56,324 nucleotides of DNA from Candidatus Nanopelagicales bacterium (GTDB lineage Bacteria; Actinomycetota; Actinomycetes; S36-B12). Below are positions 18,188 through 26,105 of this stretch, one piece after another. The translations under genes and the position numbers were made by a program. Numbering within the stretch: the first letter of the stretch is position 1; the number at the start of each line of letters is the position of its first letter. The DNA lies in contig JBIJBU010000001.1 in the NCBI GenBank assembly GCA_044345075.1, forward strand, positions 1 to 56,324. Reading direction: 5' to 3'. The notes under the pieces were generated by a model. The model had not been told where the DNA came from. It saw nothing but the letters and a program-made list of their open reading frames with translations, and did no database searches.

Positions 18188-19537
18188 ATGCAGCAGGATT
18201 TGGCAGACGTCCGCAGGGACCTCGAGACCCAGGGCATCGACATCCTTCGGCTGCTGTGGCCCGATGTACTCGGCCTGCCGCGCTCGAAGGACATCACGGT
18301 GTCGCAGCTCGAGCGAGCGGCCGGTCACGGCCCCGCCTTCTGCCAGGCCACCTGGACAACCACGACTCGCGGTGACGTTCTCGACGGCCACGGCAGTCTT
18401 CAGGACGGACTCTCCGACATGGTGTCGCGTCTTGACGCGTCCACCATTCGCCCGATGCCGTGGGAGGAGGGCGTCGCCTACGCGATCGCTGACATTGACG
18501 AGCCGGACGGAACCCCGAATGCCATCGCGCCGCGGTCACTGCTGCGCCGCATCATCGAGGAGTACAAGGCACTCGGTCTGCTCCCGGTTGTTGGGCCCGA
18601 ACTCGAGTTCTATTTTGCGCACAAGCCGAGTGACAAGTGGGAGCGCATCCTCAACAAGACCGGCCGCGTGTACCAGACAGGTTCACTCGTCGATCCCGAC
18701 GGAACCTTCCTGTACCTGCTTCGCATGCTCGATCGCCTCAACATTGGCGCCTTTGCGGGCAACCACGAGTTCTGCCCGTCGCAGTACGAGATCAACCTGT
18801 GGCACGGCGATGCACTCGATGCTGCTGATCGCACCTTCTTGTTCAAGACCGCAATCAAGGACATCACGAATCGTCGCGGCATCATGAGCACCTTCATCGG
18901 CAAGCCGTGGGACGACGAGGGAGGCAGCGGTTTCCACCTGCACTTCTCAGTCACTGATGTCAACGGCCAGAACTTGATGGGCGAGCCCGACGGCGAGCTC
19001 TCGCTGATCTCACGGCGCATGATGGCCGGCATCCTCGAGCACGCACCTGCACTCGTGGCCTTCTGCAACCCGACCATTAACGCCTACAAGCGCCTCGGCC
19101 CCGACACCATGGCCCCTCATCGTTCGAGCTGGGGCTACGACAACCGCACCACGTTCATCCGCATCCCACCGGAGCGTGGTGCGGGCACCCGCCTCGAGGT
19201 GCGCATCGGCGACGGCGCTGCGAACCCGTATGTGATGATCGCGGTGATTCTCGCGGCGGCCCTCGATGGCCTTCGCCGTCAGCTCGACTGCCCGCCGCAC
19301 TCTGAGGGCTGGTCATACACCGACGAGAGCCGCCCGGTGCTGCCCATGACCCTCACCGATTCGCTCAATGCCATGCGTGCCGACACCTTCCTGGTCGACA
19401 TCCTGGGCGAGCCCTTCGTGCAGGCCTTCGAGACTCTCAAGCGCGACGAGGTCAAGCGTTACGAGGAGGCCGTCGAGGATCCCAGCACTCGTGAGGTGAC
19501 CGCGTGGGAGATCGCGGAGTACCTAGAGGACTATTAG
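18188..19537 (+). CDS. Glutamine synthetase family protein (GS-like gamma-glutamyl ligase), copy 1
   Basis: GS catalytic-domain motifs are GPELEFYF, NHEFCPSQYEIN, GSGFHLHFS, NAYKRL and RIPP...RLEVR. The N-terminal domain is short, as in PuuA/GlnA2-4-type ligases. I trimmed the start to ATG 18188. Confidence 0.85.
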   Translation: MQQDLADVRRDLETQGIDILRLLWPDVLGLPRSKDITVSQLERAAGHGPAFCQATWTTTTRGDVLDGHGSLQDGLSDMVSRLDASTIRPMPWEEGVAYAIADIDEPDGTPNAIAPRSLLRRIIEEYKALGLLPVVGPELEFYFAHKPSDKWERILNKTGRVYQTGSLVDPDGTFLYLLRMLDRLNIGAFAGNHEFCPSQYEINLWHGDALDAADRTFLFKTAIKDITNRRGIMSTFIGKPWDDEGGSGFHLHFSVTDVNGQNLMGEPDGELSLISRRMMAGILEHAPALVAFCNPTINAYKRLGPDTMAPHRSSWGYDNRTTFIRIPPERGAGTRLEVRIGDGAANPYVMIAVILAAALDGLRRQLDCPPHSEGWSYTDESRPVLPMTLTDSLNAMRADTFLVDILGEPFVQAFETLKRDEVKRYEEAVEDPSTREVTAWEIAEYLEDY

Positions 19538-19540
19538 AGG

Positions 19541-20386
19541 GTGCATAACTTCATCCTCACCCTGCGGTGCCCTGACGGCCCCGGCATTACCCATGCGATC
19601 ACGGGAGCATTGCTCTCGATCGGCGCGAACATCCTCGAGCAGGCGCAGTTCACCGAGCCGACCGAGAACCTGTTCTGCAACCGCACCCGCTTCGAGACAA
19701 AACTCGATGACATCGCTCGCGTGCGTGAGGCGATCGAGGCCGCGACCTCGCACCTGTCCCCGACGATCACGCTCCGCAATGAGCATGATCCGCGCCGCAT
19801 TCTGGTCATGGTGTCGAAGCAAGATCACTGCCTTGTCGATCTTCTCTACCGTCGCCAGCAGGGCGAACTGCACGTAGAGATCCCCGTCATCGTTTCGAAT
19901 CACCCTGATTGCGCACCGATCGCCGCGGCACATGGCATCCCGTTCGTTCACCTGCCGGTGACTCCGGAGACCAAGCAGGCGCAGGAGCACCGCGTGCGCG
20001 AACTGATGGTCGAGTACTCAATCGATGCGGTCGTGCTCGCCCGCTACATGCAGGTGCTCTCAGATGAGTTCTGCGCCGAGCTCGAGGGTCGCGCGATCAA
20101 CATCCATCACTCATTCCTGCCGGGCTTCAAGGGCGCTCGCCCGTATCACCAGGCATATGCGCGCGGTGTGAAGATCATCGGCGCCACTGCGCACTTCGTG
20201 TCAGCTGAGCTCGACGAAGGCCCCATCATCGAGCAAGACGTCGCACGCGTGACTCATGCGCAAGATCCCGAGCATCTTGCTGAGATCGGTCGAGATGTCG
20301 AGCGGCTCGTGCTCGCACGCTCAGTGCAGCTCTACGGCGCAGATCGCGTGATGCTCACCGGCCATCGCACGGTGATCTTTTCCTAG
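19541..20386 (+). CDS. purU: Formyltetrahydrofolate deformylase
   Basis: It has an N-terminal ACT domain (ILTLRCPDGPGITHAITGAL) and a formyltransferase core (LARYMQVLS...INIHHSFLPGFKGARPY...GVKIIGATAHFV). The GTG start lies 3 nt after the GS-like stop. Confidence 0.85.
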   Translation: MHNFILTLRCPDGPGITHAITGALLSIGANILEQAQFTEPTENLFCNRTRFETKLDDIARVREAIEAATSHLSPTITLRNEHDPRRILVMVSKQDHCLVDLLYRRQQGELHVEIPVIVSNHPDCAPIAAAHGIPFVHLPVTPETKQAQEHRVRELMVEYSIDAVVLARYMQVLSDEFCAELEGRAINIHHSFLPGFKGARPYHQAYARGVKIIGATAHFVSAELDEGPIIEQDVARVTHAQDPEHLAEIGRDVERLVLARSVQLYGADRVMLTGHRTVIFS

Positions 20387-20395
20387 TTGATCTGA

Positions 20396-21328
20396 CTATG
20401 CGGTCAGTGCGTCAACTCGACGCACGACCTCGCGGCAGAACTCTGCATGCTTGTCCCGCTCATCGATGAAGATCGACGGCTTGATACAGAAGGTGCTGAA
20501 GCCCATCTCGAGCTGAGCGGGAATGCCCTCCAGTGCCTCGGGCAATGGTGCGACGGAGTGCGCATCGGGGAACTCAACCCGGGTTCCACCGACCATCTCG
20601 ATCTCGTCAATGGAGCGACCGGCGGCCTCCAGGCCGGCCCGCAGCTTGGCGACATCGTCGGCCTTTGGGCGACCGAGGGGGTGGTACCCGCTGCCGTACT
20701 TCACGAGGCGGTTGAGCACGGGATCAGTCAGGCTCTCGCCGCCGAACCACATGGCTGGGCCCTGGGGCGTGCACGGCTTGGGGTCGATGTAGACGTCAGT
20801 GAAGTCGAAGAACTCTCCGTGGAAAGACGCGGGGGACTCGGCCCACACGCGGCTCCAGATCTCGAGATCCTCATCAAGGATCTTGCCGCGCTTGGTGAAC
20901 GGAACACCGAGCGCGTCGTATTCGTCCTTATGCCAGCTGACCGTCGGCTGAATCACGAGCCGACCCTCGGAGAGTAGGTCGAGAGTCGCGAGATCTTTCG
21001 CGAGGGCGAGCGGATGACGCAGCGGAGCGATCAGCGCGATACCGCCGACGCGAATTCGAGTGGTAGCGGCGGCGATGGCACTGAGCATCACGATCGATGA
21101 CGGCCATTCGGTCGCGGGATCCTGATTACCCGGCATCGCGTAGTCACGTGGATTCTCCATGCGACCCTCGGAGCCGGCCGAGGGGCCGAGCAGCACATGG
21201 TCGCTGATCATGATCATGTCGAAGCCGGCATCCTCGGCCTCCTGGGCCATGCGCACGATGCCGCGAATATCGCGCGGGTCGGTCATGGTCCAGTTCTCGG
21301 TGAGAACGCTGACGAGCTTCGGCTTCAT
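20396..21328 (-). CDS. LLM-class (luciferase-like) flavin/F420-dependent oxidoreductase
   Basis: The N-terminus is ...AQEAEDAGFDMIMISDHV. The overall pattern is a TIM barrel typical of the bacterial luciferase family. Confidence 0.75.
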   Translation of the reverse strand: MKPKLVSVLTENWTMTDPRDIRGIVRMAQEAEDAGFDMIMISDHVLLGPSAGSEGRMENPRDYAMPGNQDPATEWPSSIVMLSAIAAATTRIRVGGIALIAPLRHPLALAKDLATLDLLSEGRLVIQPTVSWHKDEYDALGVPFTKRGKILDEDLEIWSRVWAESPASFHGEFFDFTDVYIDPKPCTPQGPAMWFGGESLTDPVLNRLVKYGSGYHPLGRPKADDVAKLRAGLEAAGRSIDEIEMVGGTRVEFPDAHSVAPLPEALEGIPAQLEMGFSTFCIKPSIFIDERDKHAEFCREVVRRVDALTA

Positions 21329-21339
21329 GCGCTGACGAA

Positions 21340-22149
21340 CTAGATCGCAGCCGAGTTGTCGGCGAGCAGCGTGCCGCCATGGAAGGTCGTGCCGACCTCG
21401 CAGTAGTAGCCGGCGATGATCTCGTCGACAGGCAGCAGTGATGCTGGCTGATCCCAGGGTGAGTCATGCAAGGTGAGTTCGGCATCGCCGATCCACGGCT
21501 GGCCGAGATCGAGATCGACGCCGCCCATCGTGGCGAGCTGGTTCAGCGACAGCCCGGCGCCAGGCACCATCGACGGCATCACGCGGTGATGCAGCATCTT
21601 GTGACCGTTGACAAAGCCATTCGACGGTGCTGGCTCACGCAGGGTGACCTTTGCACTTGCGAGTCGATGGTCGTACGCGGCGAGTGATGCGCCGAAGGTG
21701 CCACCCTCAGCAATCCGCGGAGCAGCCTTGCCACGGTTGTACGGGCGGGTGACGAAGACACTGCCGAGCTTCTTCGGGTAGCCCTGGAACCAGCCGCGAC
21801 CGATCGCGAAGTCGGTGGTGACCCAGATCAGCACGCAGCGGCTGTAGGTGACGCCCTGGTAGGAACAGCGCACCACGACGAAGGCCTCGAGGTATTGGGC
21901 ACGCGAGGGATCGAGGAGTTCGGCGCCACCGGTGCTGCACGACTGCCAATCGGCCCAGATGAACGCGACTGCTCCGGGGTCCTCCGGCGCGAGGTCGAGC
22001 TCGGGGGGCAAGATCGCGCGCACGTTCGCCGGGTCAGTGCGGTACTCAACTGTCATCAAGGTGCCGGAGTAGTGCCAGGGCATCTCGGGAATGAGTGCCG
22101 AGCCGCCATCGGGCGTGAAGGGGGGCAAGAAGCCCTGGGAGTTCGCCAT
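21340..22149 (-). CDS. Acetoacetate decarboxylase (ADC) family protein
   Basis: MANSQGFLPPFTPDGGSALIPEMPWHYSG..LMTVEYRTDPANVRAILP is characteristic of the ADC-like fold. I trimmed the start to ATG 22149. Confidence 0.7.
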   Translation of the reverse strand: MANSQGFLPPFTPDGGSALIPEMPWHYSGTLMTVEYRTDPANVRAILPPELDLAPEDPGAVAFIWADWQSCSTGGAELLDPSRAQYLEAFVVVRCSYQGVTYSRCVLIWVTTDFAIGRGWFQGYPKKLGSVFVTRPYNRGKAAPRIAEGGTFGASLAAYDHRLASAKVTLREPAPSNGFVNGHKMLHHRVMPSMVPGAGLSLNQLATMGGVDLDLGQPWIGDAELTLHDSPWDQPASLLPVDEIIAGYYCEVGTTFHGGTLLADNSAAI

Positions 22150-22176
22150 AGTGCAGGAGCCTAGCAACTCCTCGGG

Positions 22177-22198
22177 GATCGTTTGGGCCCAAACAACC
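22177..22198. promoter_or_regulatory. Island operator motif, site 4 (GATCGTTTGG-GC-CCAAACAACC)
   Basis: It contains the perfect 14-bp palindrome GTTTGGGCCCAAAC. It lies between the divergent starts at 22149 (-) and 22254 (+, TetR). Confidence 0.55.
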
Positions 22199-22253
22199 GA
22201 TTTCCTGGATGGCCCATAGGGCACTTCCGTTCACTCGGCATTAGCCTTCGGGG

Positions 22254-22898
22254 GTGCCGCAGAAGCCCGCCCGCCAGCGCCTCAATCGCGAGGTGATCTG
22301 TGCTGCCGCCCTTGAGCTCGCGGCGGAGTCCGGCAGCCCCGATGTGAGCATGCGCGCCCTCGGCGAGCGTCTCGGTGTCGATGCTACGGCCGTGTACCGG
22401 CACTTCTCCGACAAGGACGACCTGATGCGTGCCGTCGGTGACCGAGCACTTGCCCCGGCGACCAGGGGATTCACCACCACTGACGATCCCGCCGACGATG
22501 TGCGCCGCATGTGCACCGGCATTCGCAAGGCCCTGCTCAAGAATCAGGTCGCGCTGATCATTACGTCGGCCGGCCCGACCCGAAACGCGAATGAGCTGCG
22601 CATCACCGAGGTCATGCTCGATGCCTTCCTGCGTGCGGGCATGGATCCTGACTCGGCGGCTCGGGCGTATCACGTGCTCATTGAGTACACCGTGGGATCT
22701 GCATCCCTCGATGCGCCGCTCTCGCGGAATGCGAAGGAGCGCAGGGCCACATACGACACCTGGCGTCGTGACTACCGAGCATTACCTGCGGATGAGTACC
22801 CGGCGATCCATGAACTCGTCGGTCATTTGTACCCGAGTAGTGACGACGTATTCGCCACCGGTCTCAGTGCGCTCATCGCACAACTGATGCCCGCTTAG
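22254..22898 (+). CDS. TetR family transcriptional regulator
   Basis: The N-terminal HTH is REVICAAALELAAESGSPDVSMRALGERLGVDATAVYRHFSDKDDL. The start codon is GTG. Confidence 0.85.
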   Translation: MPQKPARQRLNREVICAAALELAAESGSPDVSMRALGERLGVDATAVYRHFSDKDDLMRAVGDRALAPATRGFTTTDDPADDVRRMCTGIRKALLKNQVALIITSAGPTRNANELRITEVMLDAFLRAGMDPDSAARAYHVLIEYTVGSASLDAPLSRNAKERRATYDTWRRDYRALPADEYPAIHELVGHLYPSSDDVFATGLSALIAQLMPA

Positions 22899-22904
22899 CG
22901 CGAC

Positions 22905-24176
22905 TTAGTACACGCGGGCGTACTCGCCCTGCTCCCAATCGGTAACCGCCGACTCCCAGCGCTTCCATTCGCTGCGCTTAAGCCCGACGTAGACCTCGAC
23001 GAGATCCTTCTCGAGGTACGACTGCAACTTGGTATCGGCTTCGAGAGCATCGAGTGACTCAGCGAGTGAATGCGGAGTATGGCGATCTGTGTTCGGTGCC
23101 TCATCGGCGTCACCGAGCTGCGGGTCAGGAAGTGCAAGCTTCTCGTCGACACCATGCATGCCGGCGGCGAATAGTGCAGCGCTCAGCAGATGCGGTGTTG
23201 CACTGCCATCTGCCATGCGGTGCTCGACGCGTGTGGTGGCACCGCGCTGTCCGGGCACGCGCACGGTGGCGATGCGATTGTCGAGACCCCAGTTCGCCCA
23301 GTAGCCGCTGAGCATGCCGGGGGTCAGGCGCTTGTAGGAGTTCACGGTAGGTGCGGCGAAGGCGGTGAGTGCCTCGTGATGAGCAAGGAGTCCTGCGATG
23401 AAATGACGCGCGAGGTCGGTGATACCCAGAGGATCATCGAGGCTTGCGAACATATTCTCGCCCGCGGCATTCGCGAGGCTCATGTTCACGTGCATGCCGT
23501 TACCGACGGCATCGGCGAACGGACGTGCCATGAAGGTTGCGTCGACGCCGCGCTCGCGTGCTGTTAGGCGCACGAGCTCGCGGAAGAGCAGTGCGCAGTC
23601 GGCTGACTCGAGCGCAGGCTGGTAGTGCAGTGCAGCCTCAACCTGGCTCGGTGTGAATTCGGCGTTGACACCCTCGACCTGAAGGCGGGCCATCTCGGCG
23701 AGCTCGACCACTGCCTCGAGAGTGCCGCTCGGATCAGCGCCGGCACCAATGCCATAGACGCGATGATCAGGAACAGGCATCTTCACGAGCGGCTTCAGGC
23801 TCTCGAGCAGGAAGAACTCCATCTCGAAGCCGGTCATCGGCGTGTAACCGCGCTGGCCCCACTGATCGCAGATCATGCGCAGCTGGCGGCGTCCGTCGAG
23901 GGGAAGCTCTTCGCCATTGGTGCGGTAAAGATTCGAGAGTGCGATCTGGCGGCCGTTGATCCACGGGCGCAAGGTGGCGGAATCGATGCGCGCTTCCATG
24001 TCGGGGAAGCCCGCACTGGTGGAGTAGGTCGGCGTATCGAGGAACTCGAGATCGAGCCCCTGCACCATCACCGTGATGGCGTAGTGAGTTGGATGATCGA
24101 CGCGGTGAGTGGGAACTGTCTTGCCGTGAGTGAGCCCGAGGAGGTCGGGAAAGATCACGTCGATCTGGTCAGCCAC
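22905..24176 (-). CDS. Glutamine synthetase family protein (GS-like ligase), copy 2
   Basis: Motifs are GFEMEFFL, NAEFTPSQVEAAL, GNGMHVNMSL, NSYKRL and RVP...TRVEHR. I set the start to GTG 24176, 1 nt after the upstream TGA stop (24178-24180). The ORF-track start is 24200. Confidence 0.85.
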   Translation of the reverse strand: MADQIDVIFPDLLGLTHGKTVPTHRVDHPTHYAITVMVQGLDLEFLDTPTYSTSAGFPDMEARIDSATLRPWINGRQIALSNLYRTNGEELPLDGRRQLRMICDQWGQRGYTPMTGFEMEFFLLESLKPLVKMPVPDHRVYGIGAGADPSGTLEAVVELAEMARLQVEGVNAEFTPSQVEAALHYQPALESADCALLFRELVRLTARERGVDATFMARPFADAVGNGMHVNMSLANAAGENMFASLDDPLGITDLARHFIAGLLAHHEALTAFAAPTVNSYKRLTPGMLSGYWANWGLDNRIATVRVPGQRGATTRVEHRMADGSATPHLLSAALFAAGMHGVDEKLALPDPQLGDADEAPNTDRHTPHSLAESLDALEADTKLQSYLEKDLVEVYVGLKRSEWKRWESAVTDWEQGEYARVY

Positions 24177-24177
24177 G

Positions 24178-25239
24178 TCAGTTCGCCTCTCCGGCAGCAA
24201 CGCCGACCAGTGTTCCCTTGTCGACTACCTGATGATCATCGAGCCATACGCTGTGACCGCGCATCGGAAGATCGAAGTGACCGGCGGTGAAGCGTTGTGC
24301 ATTCTCATTCGCTCCGGTGCTGAACAGGAAGTTGCCGGCGAATGCTCGCGCCTCGGTGCCGTTGATGTCTGAGCGGTCGTAAAGCTCGAGGAAATCCCAG
24401 CGCGCACCGGTATTCATTCCGAACCCGACGTGGCTGACGGCGTAGGCGTCTTCGTCGAAGGCCTCAAGGTACGAGCGCATGAGTTCAGCCTGGTAGCCGC
24501 TGCCCTTGATCTCGACGACGTAGTCATTCTCGATGCGCATCGTGATGGGTTCAGTGATGTAGTGCTTGAAGGTCAGGTTCATGTCACCAGGTGCGAGAAC
24601 GACGGTGCCATTGACGGTGCCCTTCGCCGGGAAGGCGAGTACGAGACCACCGGGCCAGTGAGCGATCGAACCCGGTCCGGAGATAACACCGGTAGAACCT
24701 GCGGTGAATGCGCCAGCGAGCTCAACAGTGAGATCGGTGCCGAACTCACTCGTGGCGCGCATCGTCTTCGACCGCTTCATGAGTTCATGTGCGGCACTCA
24801 CGCGTTCCGCCATCACCGGATCGTGACGCATGCGTTCGTAGACCTCGGGGTGCTCAAGGCTGACCATCAAGATGCTGGTGCCCGAGGAGAGAATCGCACC
24901 GAGTTCCTTTGCATGAAGCATTCCCTCGACAGTGCAGTCGACAACGAACGGCACAGAGGACAGCGAACTGATTGCGCCGGCGAGACCGTTGAGTGCCACT
25001 GATGCGCCGGTCGAGCGGATCGCAACCGGGCCGGGGTTCGCCGGCGTGCGCATGACAACCTCGAACGGCTTTGCCCCAAGTGACTCGAGCGCGAGAATCG
25101 ATGTCTCGACGAGATCGGCGCGACTGGATGACTCGGAGAGCACGATGCACTCCATGCCCTCGGTCACTCCGTTGACCTTGAAATGCGCGGCGAAGGACTC
25201 GATCCAGCGCCATTCGGCGACAGGCGGTCGGACGGTCAT
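24178..25239 (-). CDS. NicX-like protein (2,5-dihydroxypyridine 5,6-dioxygenase / aminopeptidase-M29-like fold)
   Basis: The C-terminal half reads YAVSHVGFGMN...ARAFAGNFLFSTGANE...GHFDLPMRGHSVWLDD. It tracks what I recall of Pseudomonas putida NicX (SHIGWG, ARAFYGNFLFSTGPN, HLDIPLRNCDIYLDD), including the presumed Fe(II) ligand positions. Confidence 0.65.
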   Translation of the reverse strand: MTVRPPVAEWRWIESFAAHFKVNGVTEGMECIVLSESSSRADLVETSILALESLGAKPFEVVMRTPANPGPVAIRSTGASVALNGLAGAISSLSSVPFVVDCTVEGMLHAKELGAILSSGTSILMVSLEHPEVYERMRHDPVMAERVSAAHELMKRSKTMRATSEFGTDLTVELAGAFTAGSTGVISGPGSIAHWPGGLVLAFPAKGTVNGTVVLAPGDMNLTFKHYITEPITMRIENDYVVEIKGSGYQAELMRSYLEAFDEDAYAVSHVGFGMNTGARWDFLELYDRSDINGTEARAFAGNFLFSTGANENAQRFTAGHFDLPMRGHSVWLDDHQVVDKGTLVGVAAGEAN

Positions 25240-26030
25240 GTGGTCTCCCAGTGCTGAAGGATTGCGCGGTTCACGGCGTCAGGTGCCTCGAGGTTGAGCA
25301 GGTGCCCGGCGCCGGGAATCGTGACAAGTGTGGCACTGGGCATCAGATCAACGATGGCCTTCGAGTAGGAAGGCGGGGTTTCATCATCATCCTCGCCGAT
25401 CAGCACGAGGGTGGGCACGGTGATCTCAGGCAGGATCGCCCGCGAATCGTGTGAGGGCAGGATCGAGAGACTAGTGAGCATGCCGGCCATAGGAATGCGT
25501 GCCATCGCCTCACAGGCCTCGGGCACGACGTGCTGAGCCTCGGGCCCGGCGAGGGAGCTCAGGATCACGGGCGCCGCCGCGGCCACCGTGCCGAAGGTTT
25601 CCAGGCCCTTCAGTCGGTTATTGCGCCACTCGTCAGGGTCGGTACCGTCGAGTCCGAAAGCCGGGCTGGTGCAGATCAGGGTGAGTGAGCGCACCAACTT
25701 AGGGTGCGCATGAGTCATGTACTGGGCGATCATGCCGCCGAATGACGTGCCGACGAGGTCGACGGGGGCATCCGGGGATACCCGACGAATCAGTGCGGCC
25801 GCTCGATCGGCGTACCCCGCGAAGCTCTGCACCTCGACCGGCGCCGATTCGCCGTAACCGGGCGCATCCCAGGCCACGACCCGCTCTGCCTCGGCAAGCA
25901 CGGGCAGGTTCGGGCCCCAGGCGATGCGTGAGCCGCCGAGCCCATGAAGAAGGACGGCCACGCGGGGCCCGTCGCCTGCCTCACGCCAGGCATTCGGGCT
26001 CTCGTCGACATCGGTGATCGTGATCGGCAT
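25236..26030 (-). CDS. Alpha/beta-fold hydrolase (NicD-like deformylase/amidase candidate)
   Basis: The oxyanion region is HGLGGS, the nucleophile elbow is VGTSFGG and the C-terminal His is GAGHL. Its stop overlaps the NicX-like start (ATGA-type overlap at 25239-25236). Confidence 0.8.
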   Translation of the reverse strand: MPITITDVDESPNAWREAGDGPRVAVLLHGLGGSRIAWGPNLPVLAEAERVVAWDAPGYGESAPVEVQSFAGYADRAAALIRRVSPDAPVDLVGTSFGGMIAQYMTHAHPKLVRSLTLICTSPAFGLDGTDPDEWRNNRLKGLETFGTVAAAAPVILSSLAGPEAQHVVPEACEAMARIPMAGMLTSLSILPSHDSRAILPEITVPTLVLIGEDDDETPPSYSKAIVDLMPSATLVTIPGAGHLLNLEAPDAVNRAILQHWETT

Positions 26031-26060
26031 GTTCGAAAACTAGGGCCGCATATCAATTTA

Positions 26061-26075
26061 GTCAACAGTGTTGAC
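26061..26075. promoter_or_regulatory. Perfect palindrome GTCAAC-AGT-GTTGAC overlapping a TTGACA -35-like hexamer
   Basis: I read this directly in the AT-rich 75-bp divergent region between starts 26030 (-) and 26106 (+). TTGACA lies at 26071-26076. Confidence 0.55.
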
Positions 26076-26105
26076 ATTTCATTTTCGTTCCCTATTCTCA
26101 AGCAC

